Source: an uncultured Ignavibacteriaceae bacterium
GTDB taxonomy: Bacteria; Bacteroidota; Ignavibacteria; Tepidaquicellales; Tepidaquicellaceae
DNA: 48,425 bases
Direction: 5' to 3'
Assembly (NCBI GenBank): GCA_964459055.1
Contig: CAYWMV010000003.1
Coordinates: 1-48,425, forward strand
The notes under the pieces are model-generated. The model was not told where the DNA came from. It did not search any database and worked only from the letters and a program-made list of their open reading frames with translations. The position numbers were made by a program, and so were the translations under genes. The stretch's first letter is position 1. Each line of letters starts with the position of its first letter. Below are positions 1 to 9,184 of the stretch, one piece after another.

Positions 1-584
1 GCTTTGTTTTTTTCCGGATCAAAAAGAGAATATATCTCCGAATCCCGCTTAATATTCTCAATAACATTTTTTATATTCTCGTTTTCAAGCGAAAGAAACG
101 GAAACTCTGACAATACCGTTAACAAAACAAAAAACGAATATCCGAGCGCGCATCTTGGCTGAAGACCGCCGGGAATTTTTATAAACCGGTCTTTATGTTC
201 CAAAGCCATTTTTTCGACTTTTCCGCCGCTGCTTACACAAATAATTCTGCATTCTTTACTTTTAGACTCTTTATATGCGGAAATTGTTTCTTCCGTATTA
301 CCGGAATAACTTGAAATAACCGAAAGTGTGTCTTTTCCTGCAAATCCGGGGAGATGATAATTTCTGTTAATATAAACCGGGACAGTTGAATTATAATGCG
401 TGTAACTTCTGATTAAGTCACCCCCGATTGCCGAGCCGCCAAGTCCGTTTATTATGATATTTTTTATACCATACTTGTCAAAACTAAAAAACTCCGAACT
501 CTTTCCTATTTCAACCGCCTCTGAAATCTGGCTGTGAAAGTTTTTAAGAATATCGTACATATTACTTGTGTCAATTTCCGTCAT
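1..584 (-). CDS. bifunctional phosphoglucose/phosphomannose isomerase (SIS domain), N-terminal part; the gene runs off the left window edge
   Basis: Absent from the ORF track because it is open at the window edge. My minus-strand translation from the ATG at 584-582 reads MTEIDTSNMYDILKNFHSQISEAVEIGK...NGLGGSAIGGDL...SYSGNTEET...PGGLQPRCALGYSF with no stop down to position 1. These motifs fit the PGI/PMI SIS family. The start lies 8 nt downstream of the ptsI stop, same strand. Confidence 0.72.
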   Translation of the reverse strand, partial: MTEIDTSNMYDILKNFHSQISEAVEIGKSSEFFSFDKYGIKNIIINGLGGSAIGGDLIRSYTHYNSTVPVYINRNYHLPGFAGKDTLSVISSYSGNTEETISAYKESKSKECRIICVSSGGKVEKMALEHKDRFIKIPGGLQPRCALGYSFFVLLTVLSEFPFLSLENENIKNVIENIKRDSEIYSLFDPEKNK

Positions 585-591
585 TTGCAAA

Positions 592-2331
592 TTATTTTAG
601 ATAGGGTTTTACATTTTCGTTATAAAAACCGATAACTTCGTTTTTTACTTCGGTTTCAGTGGGATAGGAAGTGATTTTTTCTATAAGTTCCTTTGCTTCG
701 GAATATTTAATTGCCCGTATTATCTGTTTTATTTCGGGATATCTCCCGGGAATAACACTTAATTCGTCAATATCAAGTCCAAGCAATACGGGAACTGCGA
801 AAGGATTGGATGCCATTTCTCCGCAGATACTTACTTTTATTTTATTTTTATGTCCTGATTCAACTATACTGCGCAATGTTCTGATAACCGCAGGATGAAA
901 TTCCTGATATAAATCCGCAACCAGTTCGTTTCCCCGGTCAACCGCAAGAAGATACTGAATCAGGTCGTTTGTTCCTATACTGAAGAAATCAACTTCCTTG
1001 GCGAGTTCATCCGCAAGCATGCAGGCGGACGGAACTTCAATCATAATTCCAAACTGCGTGGGTTTATGATACTTAAATTTTTTCCTGTCCAGTTCCTTTT
1101 TAACATCATTGAAAATTGCCTTTGCTTTTTTAACCTCTTCAATCGAAGAAATCATCGGAAGCATTATTTTCATATTCTTTTTCACCGAAGCAATAAGGAG
1201 TGCCCGTAACTGTTCCCTGAAAATATCCTCCCTGTCCAGACAGATTCTTATTCCGCGCCATCCGAGGAAAGGATTGGATTCTCTTTCCGAACTCGGCAGC
1301 AGTTTATCTCCGCCAATGTCGTATGTTCTTATGGTTGCCTGTTTCGGATATGCTATGGCGCATATTTTTAAATATTCCTCGATTTGCTCCGCCTCCGTCG
1401 GAAAATCACCCCGGTCAATGAATAGTCTCTCCGTTCTGTACAGCCCGATTCCGCATTCCTTGAAATTTCTAAGTATTTCTATTTCGTCGTCAACGTCAAT
1501 ATTAACGGTAAGTTCAAGAGGTTTCCCGTCAAGAGTTACGTTAGGGAGGTAAACAAGTTTAAAAAGTTTTTCTTCCTGCTCGCGGTACTCCCGTAGTTTT
1601 GCTTCATAATCATCAATAGTTTTGTCTTTCGGGTTACATATTATTACACCTTCAAATCCGTCTATGATTATTGTCTGCCCCGGAATTACAAACTGCGATA
1701 TAACTTTCATACCGACTACTGCGGGAATTCTCAGCGCTCTTGAAATAATTGCCGCGTGTGAATTTATACCTCCGACGTCTGTGGCATAGCCCTGAACTTT
1801 TCTGCGGCTGAAAAGTATTGTATCGCTCGGCGAAAGTTCGTGTGCGATTATTATGGAGTTCTCCTCTACCTTTGATACAAGTTTTTCCCTGTTCATATTA
1901 CGTACTACTCTGTTCTTAACATCGTTTATATCTGCAAACCGCTCGCGCATATAATCGTCGTTTGAAGTCAGAAGGGTGCCTCCGAGTTTGTTTATTTCGT
2001 CATTGAACACATAACTTGCAGAGCGTTTCTCTCTTTTTATTCTGCTTAATACATTATTGAAAAAATAATTGTCGTTTAATATTTCAATCTGTGCTTCAAA
2101 TATTTTTGAGTTTTTTTCCCCGATTCTTTCTAAAGCAATATTATGAATCTTTGTTAATTCCCTTCGCGAAACCTCGATTGCGTTCTGAAATTCCGTTAAT
2201 TCGGCAGTAACTTCTTCTTCGCTTAATACTCTCGTATTTATAAAAATCTGCTTTTTTGTGTATAAATATGCCCGCCCTATCGATATTCCGGGTGATGCCG
2301 CGATACCTTTATATATTTTCTCTTCCGTCAA
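592..2331 (-). CDS. ptsI: phosphoenolpyruvate-protein phosphotransferase (PTS Enzyme I)
   Basis: 579-aa ORF. It has the ASPGISIGRAYLY N-terminus, the phospho-His region GGINSHAAIISRALRIPAVVG and the C-terminal SICGEMASNP motif. The start codon is TTG. Confidence 0.93.
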   Translation of the reverse strand: MTEEKIYKGIAASPGISIGRAYLYTKKQIFINTRVLSEEEVTAELTEFQNAIEVSRRELTKIHNIALERIGEKNSKIFEAQIEILNDNYFFNNVLSRIKREKRSASYVFNDEINKLGGTLLTSNDDYMRERFADINDVKNRVVRNMNREKLVSKVEENSIIIAHELSPSDTILFSRRKVQGYATDVGGINSHAAIISRALRIPAVVGMKVISQFVIPGQTIIIDGFEGVIICNPKDKTIDDYEAKLREYREQEEKLFKLVYLPNVTLDGKPLELTVNIDVDDEIEILRNFKECGIGLYRTERLFIDRGDFPTEAEQIEEYLKICAIAYPKQATIRTYDIGGDKLLPSSERESNPFLGWRGIRICLDREDIFREQLRALLIASVKKNMKIMLPMISSIEEVKKAKAIFNDVKKELDRKKFKYHKPTQFGIMIEVPSACMLADELAKEVDFFSIGTNDLIQYLLAVDRGNELVADLYQEFHPAVIRTLRSIVESGHKNKIKVSICGEMASNPFAVPVLLGLDIDELSVIPGRYPEIKQIIRAIKYSEAKELIEKITSYPTETEVKNEVIGFYNENVKPYLK

Positions 2332-2405
2332 TACGTAAATTCTGTGTTTTTCCGTAAAATAAGATTAAATTTTTACGATAAAAAGGAATTAACACACGAT
2401 TAGAT

Positions 2406-2442
2406 TTTTCTCATCGATGAACAAGTTCATCCGATGAGAAAA
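2406..2442. promoter_or_regulatory. long imperfect inverted repeat in the ptsI / DUF2721 divergent region
   Basis: ttttctcatcgatgaac aa gttcatCcgatgagaaaa: 17-bp arms with one bulged C. It is not followed by a T-run on either strand. Confidence 0.55.
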
Positions 2443-2602
2443 TACGGGAAGAGTTTTTGTAATCTTTAATGTTTATATATTATGTCCTTAGTTTTTTTTC
2501 ATGCTCTGAGTGTTAAAATTACATCCCTGCCTCTTGTTTATCTCTTTTGAATTGAGTTAATAATTAATTAAGATTAATTTATATATAAAGGAAAGGAATG
2601 TT

Positions 2603-3082
2603 GTGGCACTTGATACATTTTTAAAAGCAATTCAGTTAATGCTGGCACCCGCGGTAATGATATCCGCCTGCGGACTCTTACTGCTTGGTATTAATAACAA
2701 ACATTCTTCCATCACCAACAGAATTAGACTGCTGAACGAGGAGCGGAGAAGATTTCTTTTCAAAATGAAAGACGGTAAAGACCTTGAACTTGTAGAAACT
2801 ATAAGGCTTCAAAGTATAGCAAAGCAACTTGGTGATATGCTGTACCGGCTGAAACTTGTAAGAAATGTAATTGTTTTTTTCGTTATTGGCATATTTCTTT
2901 TTATATTAACTTCGCTGATTATCGGTCTGGAAATGTTTTTGAAAATAAATGAAATGGAGTATTTAAAAGTAATTTCTTTTATTCTCGGAATGCTTTCCGT
3001 GGCTATAGGTATGGTATACTCGCTGACTGAAACATTAAAAGGGTATAAAATCGTATATTTAGAAGTAAAAGCGGATGAATAA
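2603..3082 (+). CDS. small membrane protein, DUF2721-like
   Basis: 159-aa ORF with a GTG start. It has an N-terminal hydrophobic helix (LMLAPAVMISACGLLLLGI), a charged middle (RIRLLNEERRRF) and two C-terminal TM helices. The family assignment is from memory of this layout only. Confidence 0.5.
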   Translation: MALDTFLKAIQLMLAPAVMISACGLLLLGINNKHSSITNRIRLLNEERRRFLFKMKDGKDLELVETIRLQSIAKQLGDMLYRLKLVRNVIVFFVIGIFLFILTSLIIGLEMFLKINEMEYLKVISFILGMLSVAIGMVYSLTETLKGYKIVYLEVKADE

Positions 3083-3091
3083 ATCAGATAT

Positions 3092-4537
3092 ATGAAACCG
3101 GCAGATATAGGATTCGGATGTTATCGTATTGATTACAGGGTCGGAGAGCATTATAAATCCCTGTATAGGGCAATCCGCGGCGGCATTACCGTAATAGATA
3201 CTTCATCAAACTACTCCGACGGAGGCAGTGAAATCCTCATAGGTAATGTAGTTACAGACCTGATTAATGAAAATAAAATTAACAGGGACGATATAACAAT
3301 CATTACAAAAGCAGGTTATATTCAGGGGAAAAATTTCAAGTTTGCTACCGACAGAAAACGTTCGGGCAATCCTTATCCCGAAGTGGTTGAATATTCCAAA
3401 AACCTCTGGCATTGTATTAATCCCGTCTTTCTGCAGGACCAGATTAATATGCAGACGGAAAGACTCAAACAGAACCATCCGGGCGGATATATTGACGTAT
3501 ATTTACTGCATAATCCTGAATATTTTTTCGGCTGGGCAAAAAAGAAAAATGATTTTATTACTGCCGAAAATGTTCAGAGTGAATTCTATTCAAGAATAAA
3601 AAAATCGTTTGAATTTCTTGAAGAAAAAGTGAACAGCGGAATTATCGGATATTATGGAATTTCTTCCAATACATTTCCGATGAATCCGAGTATTTACGAT
3701 TTTGTTTCGCTTGAAAAAATTATCCGGATTGCTTCGGAGGTATCTTCAAATAACCACTTTAAGTACATACAGTTCCCGTTCAACCTGCTCGAGCCGGGCG
3801 CCCTTCTCGAGCAAAACCAGAGGAAAAATTCCGAAACGGTTCTTGACGTTGCAATTAAAAACGATTTGTATGTAATGGTAAACAGACCTCTGAATGCAAT
3901 TTCTTCAAAAGGTCTTATAAGGCTCGCGGATTTTCCCGAAGATACATTTTCCGATACCGATTTCCTGAATCAACTTGCGGCAACTTCAGAACTTGAAAAT
4001 GACTTAATTAAATTCCGTCTGGAAGAGTATGGTGTTGAAGAGTCGTCCCGTTCAAAATTAAAAGCCATATTGCAGATTGCCAATCTGGTTAAGGAGAACT
4101 GGAACAACTTTACTTCAATAGAACATCTGAATGATATAGTAGAAAATTATTTTAATCCGAGAATTAAATATCTGTACGAACTTTTTCATTCAGGTCAGTT
4201 TGACCGGGAAACAACGGAGTTCTTTGATAATTATCTGGATGAACTAGCCGTTTTAATAAGAATGCTTTCAAATATTTACAGGAAAAGAGCCAACAGACGC
4301 AATGCTTATATTAAGGAAACTGTTGATTCATATCTGAAAAAGGATTTGCTTAATCTGACCCTGTCGCAAAAAGCCGTGCAGGTTCTCCGTTCCGTGGAAG
4401 GCGTCGGATGTGTGCTTGTAGGAGCCAAGAGACTTTCATACACTGACGAAATGCTTAATATTTTAGATAAGGACTGCGTGTCAAAACCCGTAAAAATTTT
4501 TACAAAACTGCAAAGAGATATTTTAAAGGATAAATAG
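3092..4537 (+). CDS. aldo/keto reductase family oxidoreductase with a large internal helical insertion
   Basis: 481 aa. The N-terminus is AKR-like (GFGCYRI...GGITVIDTSSNYSDGGSEILIG, LLHNPEYF) and the C-terminal strand region is AKR-like (SQKAVQVLRSVEGVGCVLVGAKRLSYTDEML). About 130 extra residues lie between them. Confidence 0.72.
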   Translation: MKPADIGFGCYRIDYRVGEHYKSLYRAIRGGITVIDTSSNYSDGGSEILIGNVVTDLINENKINRDDITIITKAGYIQGKNFKFATDRKRSGNPYPEVVEYSKNLWHCINPVFLQDQINMQTERLKQNHPGGYIDVYLLHNPEYFFGWAKKKNDFITAENVQSEFYSRIKKSFEFLEEKVNSGIIGYYGISSNTFPMNPSIYDFVSLEKIIRIASEVSSNNHFKYIQFPFNLLEPGALLEQNQRKNSETVLDVAIKNDLYVMVNRPLNAISSKGLIRLADFPEDTFSDTDFLNQLAATSELENDLIKFRLEEYGVEESSRSKLKAILQIANLVKENWNNFTSIEHLNDIVENYFNPRIKYLYELFHSGQFDRETTEFFDNYLDELAVLIRMLSNIYRKRANRRNAYIKETVDSYLKKDLLNLTLSQKAVQVLRSVEGVGCVLVGAKRLSYTDEMLNILDKDCVSKPVKIFTKLQRDILKDK

Positions 4538-4549
4538 AAAATACCCTCA

Positions 4550-5638
4550 TTGAAAAGTTTAAAAATAAAAATATTACTGATTCCCGCATTATTAACAATT
4601 CTGATAATTCTTTATGTTTTACGTCTCGGCGGAAATGAAAGCCCTGATGATGAAAATGTCACGGGAAAATCTCTCAAATCAAGAGAAGAGCTTAAAGTAT
4701 CATTATCGTCTGAAATAGATTCAATTTTGTTTACATTCGGAATTCAGAAAGAATGGGTAAAAAATTCCGTAACCGTAAACGCTTCCGAATGGTTTAACAA
4801 GGAAATACAACTTCCGTACAGTATTTATGCCGGTGCGGTTTCAAGCGATATTCACAAATACATTTCGGGATATAATCTGTATCTTTACTCAAAAGAAGAC
4901 TTCAGTCCGAATCCGCAAAGTCCCGCAAACCTTTCGGTTCAGATAAATGATATATCGGTTCAGCCGGAGGTTTCTGTCGGTAGTCTTAACTTCATATACA
5001 AGGAGTTTCTTAAAAGAAATGCGGGTGAGGTTTGCGTTGTATTAAATAATCTGGAAAATGTCGAAAATGAAAAAGCAAAGGATATAATAAACAATCAGAG
5101 TTATTTTTCTTTTGTAATGCCAAACTCTTTTGAGGCAATTGATCTGCAGGCATTAATGATAGATTTGAAATCCGATTATATAAACTGTTTCATTCTGGGA
5201 GAAGCAGAAAATTATCAGGCGGATTTCCGCGACCAGCAAAACGACAACCGCAGAAATTACAGGGATAACATACAGAAGATGCATCAGATTTGTAATGATT
5301 ACGATAAGGAAAAAGGTCTTATCCTGCTGAACCCGCTGAAATTCAATGAGACACAACAGTCCATAATGAACAGATTATCAAAATGCAGGGGAAACATTTA
5401 TATCGACACACTGGTGATAACAACCGATTTACAAAAAGAACCTGCTTCAGATAAGGCGTTCTTCGAAAAGTTAATAAAAGAAAAAACCGGAAACGGACTG
5501 GTTAAACGCGTGCTTCTGTTAAGTATAAAGGGGGACGATTATCCTTTTCTGCTTGAAGCAGTTTCGGGTATGGAAAAAGCAGGTTACCGGTTTTATTATT
5601 TCAAGGAGTTTATAAAAAGAAATTTTCCGGTCAAATGA
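4550..5638 (+). CDS. hypothetical membrane-anchored protein
   Basis: 362-aa ORF with a TTG start and one N-terminal TM helix (ILLIPALLTILIILYVL). Its stop overlaps the tadA start (ATGA). I recognise no catalytic motif. A vague resemblance to YibQ-type divergent deacetylases is not supportable, because NN replaces the DD motif. Confidence 0.5.
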   Translation: MKSLKIKILLIPALLTILIILYVLRLGGNESPDDENVTGKSLKSREELKVSLSSEIDSILFTFGIQKEWVKNSVTVNASEWFNKEIQLPYSIYAGAVSSDIHKYISGYNLYLYSKEDFSPNPQSPANLSVQINDISVQPEVSVGSLNFIYKEFLKRNAGEVCVVLNNLENVENEKAKDIINNQSYFSFVMPNSFEAIDLQALMIDLKSDYINCFILGEAENYQADFRDQQNDNRRNYRDNIQKMHQICNDYDKEKGLILLNPLKFNETQQSIMNRLSKCRGNIYIDTLVITTDLQKEPASDKAFFEKLIKEKTGNGLVKRVLLLSIKGDDYPFLLEAVSGMEKAGYRFYYFKEFIKRNFPVK

Positions 5639-6087
5639 CCAACATGCACAAAATGTGGATGAATTATGCCCTGAAGGAGGCTTTGCTCGCTTACGATAAG
5701 GGTGAGGTACCCGTTGGATGTGTAATAATTCACAAAAAAAAAATAATTGCGAAAGCCCATAATCAGGTTGAGACTTTAAAAGACCCGACTGCCCATTCCG
5801 AAATTCTTGCCATTACTTCCGCCGCCAACTATCTTGACAAAAAACTTCTTGAGGAATGTTCAATGTATGTTACCCTCGAGCCGTGCCCTATGTGTGCGGG
5901 TGCAATTGTTCTTGCAAAAATTTCACATTTATATTTCGGCTCTTATGATGAAAAATCGGGTGCCTGCGGGAGCGTAATGAATATCGCGGAATCAAATAAA
6001 CTGAACCATCGCGTGAAAGTTTACGGAGGCATTATGGATACTGACTGCTCGGCACTGCTGAAAGAGTTTTTTAAAATCAAACGATAG
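5635..6087 (+). CDS. tadA: tRNA adenosine(34) deaminase
   Basis: 150 aa with the CDA zinc motifs HSEILAI and LEPCPMCAGAI. The length and layout are typical of TadA. Confidence 0.9.
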   Translation: MTNMHKMWMNYALKEALLAYDKGEVPVGCVIIHKKKIIAKAHNQVETLKDPTAHSEILAITSAANYLDKKLLEECSMYVTLEPCPMCAGAIVLAKISHLYFGSYDEKSGACGSVMNIAESNKLNHRVKVYGGIMDTDCSALLKEFFKIKR

Positions 6088-6154
6088 TACCTGCAGTTCA
6101 GCGGCGAAAAGCAAATTCGCCGCAGATTTCTTACCAAAGAATATTTTTTACAGA

Positions 6155-7225
6155 CTAAAAACGTTTAATTATTTCTTCCTTAATAAGTTTATATCCCCCA
6201 AAATTTTTTATCTTATATACTCCGGGCGGAAGAAATTTTAAATCCAGCAGAAAAGTGTTTTTAAAATTTCTGTAAATACCTGAATGGACTGTGGCGATTT
6301 TATTTCCCAGAACCGAGTAAATTTCAGATTTTAAAATCACCGGCTTTGATGAATTAAAATTCAGGCGATATGTATTTGCTTTTTCGAAATGCCGTAAAGA
6401 AATGCCGGATTTTTTAAAAAATTTATCGCTGTATGTTTTCCAGCTGTCGGTTTTTTCGTATCCTGCAATTACATTGTTTTTATTTTCAACCTTCAGATGC
6501 ATTTCGTCTGATATTTCTACAAGTTTGTCTGTAAGTTCTTTGCAGTGCCAGATTGTATTATCCTGCAAATGAATATGAACGTTCCCGCGTCCTCCGTGCT
6601 GCATAAACCGTAAGCCGAGGTTTTCACTTTCAGATTCTATAATTTTTCTTTCTGCACCGTAATATCTCCCCATATCCGAAGCGATCCCTGCCATGTGAGG
6701 GGATTTATCCACCGTTGACCATCTTCTGCGGTTGTATTTTACCTGGTCTTTGTATGTTCTTAATGCATCCGTTAAATATGTTCTGAACTTCAGTAAATCG
6801 TATAAATATATTACTTTTATCAGATAAACCGCATTGAGAAACGGAACTATGTTTTCTTTGCGGTTAAGAAAAGGAAAGTTTACATTAACAAGAGTATAAT
6901 CTTTTTCTTTAAAATTTACGGGAATAATCTGATTTTCGTTTGCGGGATAGAGAAAAGAATCAATGCTCGCGGCAAAAAAGTAATATCTTTTTTTACCGTA
7001 ACCTGATTCCGCATAAAATGAGAAATTCAGTTGAGTCGGAACTTCAACACTGTACTTGTGGAAACTTTCATTGTAGTAACTTGCGGTTAGTTTTTTACGC
7101 GGCTGTTTATTATTAACGGTTGGTTTTTTATTTACAAGTGAATAAACAGCGAATGATATTCCCCCGATTAATAAGACAAAAACTATTATAATAATCAGCC
7201 GGAGTGTTTTCCATCTAAATCTCAT
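6155..7225 (-). CDS. LAS-family (peptidase M15/DUF882-like) zinc metallopeptidase with N-terminal signal/anchor and a degenerate T9SS-like C-terminal domain
   Basis: It has H-x6-D (SPHMAGIASD) and H-x-H (NVHIHLQ) motifs in the order expected for LAS enzymes. The N-terminus is hydrophobic (LRLIIIIVFVLLIGGISFAVY). The C-terminus (SEIYSVLGNKIATV...PPGVYKIKNFGGYKLIKEEIIKRF) resembles a T9SS sorting domain. I prefer the ATG at 7225 to the TTG at 7228; the gene overlaps the ptsH 3' end by 11 nt. Confidence 0.55.
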   Translation of the reverse strand: MRFRWKTLRLIIIIVFVLLIGGISFAVYSLVNKKPTVNNKQPRKKLTASYYNESFHKYSVEVPTQLNFSFYAESGYGKKRYYFFAASIDSFLYPANENQIIPVNFKEKDYTLVNVNFPFLNRKENIVPFLNAVYLIKVIYLYDLLKFRTYLTDALRTYKDQVKYNRRRWSTVDKSPHMAGIASDMGRYYGAERKIIESESENLGLRFMQHGGRGNVHIHLQDNTIWHCKELTDKLVEISDEMHLKVENKNNVIAGYEKTDSWKTYSDKFFKKSGISLRHFEKANTYRLNFNSSKPVILKSEIYSVLGNKIATVHSGIYRNFKNTFLLDLKFLPPGVYKIKNFGGYKLIKEEIIKRF

Positions 7226-7481
7226 CAAACCCCCGGCTGAAAAAATTTACCATTTCTTCTGAAAATTCTTTTTCGTCAGGACCGTCAAACTTCAGTGTGA
7301 GTTCTGCCCCCTTTTCGGCAGCAAGCGTCATTACGCCTATGATACTTTTCCCGTTCACTTCGTAATTATCCCGCGAAATTGTAAATTCCGATTTATACTT
7401 TGCGGCTATTTTAACAATTGCGGATGCGGGTCTTGTGTGCATTCCGGCTTTATTGACTATTATGACTTTTTTTTCGGTCAT
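7215..7481 (-). CDS. ptsH: phosphocarrier protein HPr
   Basis: 88 aa with the His15 motif GMHTRPAS and the Ser46 context NGKSIIGVMTLA. Confidence 0.92.
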   Translation of the reverse strand: MTEKKVIIVNKAGMHTRPASAIVKIAAKYKSEFTISRDNYEVNGKSIIGVMTLAAEKGAELTLKFDGPDEKEFSEEMVNFFSRGFDEI

Positions 7482-7492
7482 TTAATTGTGTA

Positions 7493-8482
7493 TCAGAAAT
7501 TCCTGTTTAAAATCATTTTTGAAAACCATCTTAGTAAATTTTTTCCTTCTTCTGTTTTTATATTTCCGGTTGCAGCATCAGCCCTGTTCGTAAATTCCTC
7601 TACCGCTTTGTTTGCCGCATCTATAACGCCGTATTTTATATATATTTTTTTTACAAGGCCAGTAAAGTGGTCTTGGGAAATTATTTTTTCTTTATTTACA
7701 ATTGAATCAAGTATTTTTCTGTCCTCTTCGTTTCCGGCGAGTTCGGTCGCTTTTAACAGCAGAAATGTTTTTTTTCCTTCCCTGATATCACCGCCGGGTT
7801 TTTTTCCGAATTTTTTTTCTTCACCCATTATATCAAGCAAATCATCCTGTATCTGAAAAGCAAGCCCGAGATTTTCCGCATATGAAACGGCGGACTGTAC
7901 ATCGTCTTCATCTGCTCCGGCAATTACTGCCCCGATTGCGGTGCAGGATTCAAGAAGTTTTGATGTTTTTTTTCTGCACATCATCAGGTAGTCTTCAATT
8001 GTAATGTTTTTTTCTTTTTCGAATGCTTTATCATATATCTGACCTTCACATACTTCAGAAAGACTGTTTATGTAGAAATCATATACCTGTTTCAGATACT
8101 TCTGGTCTGTCATGTTCAAGGCTTTCAGCGATAATGCAATTAAATGGTCGCCTGCAAGTATAGCGGTATCTCTGTCCCATTTTTTGTGAATGGTTTCCTT
8201 TCCCCGCCGCGTGTCGGCATTGTCCATTATATCGTCGTGAACAAGTGTAAAATTATGAAGAAGTTCTATGGAAGCAGCCGCATATAAGGCATCCCTGTAG
8301 TTACCGCCGTATGCTTCACAGGAAAAAAGCGTGAGAACAGGCCTTAGTCTTTTTCCGCCGCTCGATAAAATATATTTGATTGGGGTGTATAAATCGGCAG
8401 GTTCCGATTTTAATGTCAGAGAATTTATAATTTTGTTCGCTTCATCTCTGTAACGGTTGTATTTTGACGAATAATCTTTCAT
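7493..8482 (-). CDS. polyprenyl diphosphate synthase (short-chain, FPP/GGPP-type)
   Basis: It has the first Asp-rich motif LVHDDIMD and the second FQIQDDLLD. An aromatic F five residues before the first motif suggests a C15/C20 product. Confidence 0.88.
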   Translation of the reverse strand: MKDYSSKYNRYRDEANKIINSLTLKSEPADLYTPIKYILSSGGKRLRPVLTLFSCEAYGGNYRDALYAAASIELLHNFTLVHDDIMDNADTRRGKETIHKKWDRDTAILAGDHLIALSLKALNMTDQKYLKQVYDFYINSLSEVCEGQIYDKAFEKEKNITIEDYLMMCRKKTSKLLESCTAIGAVIAGADEDDVQSAVSYAENLGLAFQIQDDLLDIMGEEKKFGKKPGGDIREGKKTFLLLKATELAGNEEDRKILDSIVNKEKIISQDHFTGLVKKIYIKYGVIDAANKAVEEFTNRADAATGNIKTEEGKNLLRWFSKMILNRNF

Positions 8483-8488
8483 TGCATT

Positions 8489-9154
8489 TCAGTTGGTTTT
8501 ATCAAGCAGTTTGAAGTGTTTAAGTATATAATAAATGAATAAATCCTGTATGGAATCGTAACTTCTCGGGTGCAGACCGTCTGTACCCATCTCAAGTCCT
8601 TCTTTTTTCTGGGCTTCTATCTCTCCGTAAAGGTCTATTATCCGTATTTCCGGATATTTATTGTCTATATCAAAAAGCCATTCGTTTATTATTGCAACAG
8701 TTTCCTCGGCAGGTTTGTAATATGCAATGTTGCATACAAAAATTACGGGCACTTTTGACAGTGCTGCGTTAAAAAATTCCGCGAAATTATCCGCAATTGC
8801 CTGCGGGGAATTTCTGTAATCATTGATTCCTGAAAGCAGGAAAATTGCATCATATTCATTTGTGTCGGAAATTTCTTTCGCCTTTTCAACTGCCCATTTC
8901 AGTGATGTTCCGATTCTGCTTTCTACATCTGTAATTATACCGTAGTTCCAGAAAAATTCCTCGTATCCTTCAAATGCACCCACTGCCCAGGAATGCCCTA
9001 TGACTTTAACATAAGGAATAAAACGCTGTGAATTTCTTTTTATGTTCAGCAAACTGTCCGTGTATATGTTGCTGTCGTTATTTATATTCCCGGATATTGC
9101 AAAACCGGTTAGTAATAAAATCAGCAGTGTTGTTAGTAAGTTCCGCTTTATCAT
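8489..9154 (-). CDS. SGNH-fold hydrolase (secreted)
   Basis: SGNH blocks are present: GHS (VIGHSWAVG), GxND (LLSGINDY) and DxxH (TDGLHPR). I prefer the ATG at 9154 (MIKRNLLTTLLILLLTGFAISG, a signal peptide) to the track's TTG at 9187. Confidence 0.72.
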   Translation of the reverse strand: MIKRNLLTTLLILLLTGFAISGNINNDSNIYTDSLLNIKRNSQRFIPYVKVIGHSWAVGAFEGYEEFFWNYGIITDVESRIGTSLKWAVEKAKEISDTNEYDAIFLLSGINDYRNSPQAIADNFAEFFNAALSKVPVIFVCNIAYYKPAEETVAIINEWLFDIDNKYPEIRIIDLYGEIEAQKKEGLEMGTDGLHPRSYDSIQDLFIYYILKHFKLLDKTN

Positions 9155-9184
9155 TAAATATAATATCTGTCTCGGCAAATTTGT

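Noticed and set aside
671-1552. Plus-strand ORFs 671-898 and 1109-1552 inside ptsI
   Set aside because: They are antisense to a high-confidence gene with intact catalytic motifs. Their translations are Ser/Ile/Leu-rich and low-complexity with no recognisable motif, as expected from the reverse frame of an AT-rich gene.
4550-5638. Calling the 362-aa membrane protein a YibQ-type divergent polysaccharide deacetylase
   Set aside because: Only a loose positional resemblance exists (VCVVLNNLEN where the family has IIDDxG), and the expected His/Asp metal ligands are not visible. That is insufficient for a family call.
7437-7856. 139-aa plus-strand ORF overlapping ptsH and the polyprenyl synthase
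   Set aside because: It is antisense to two well-supported genes, and its Phe/Ser-rich translation has no motif.
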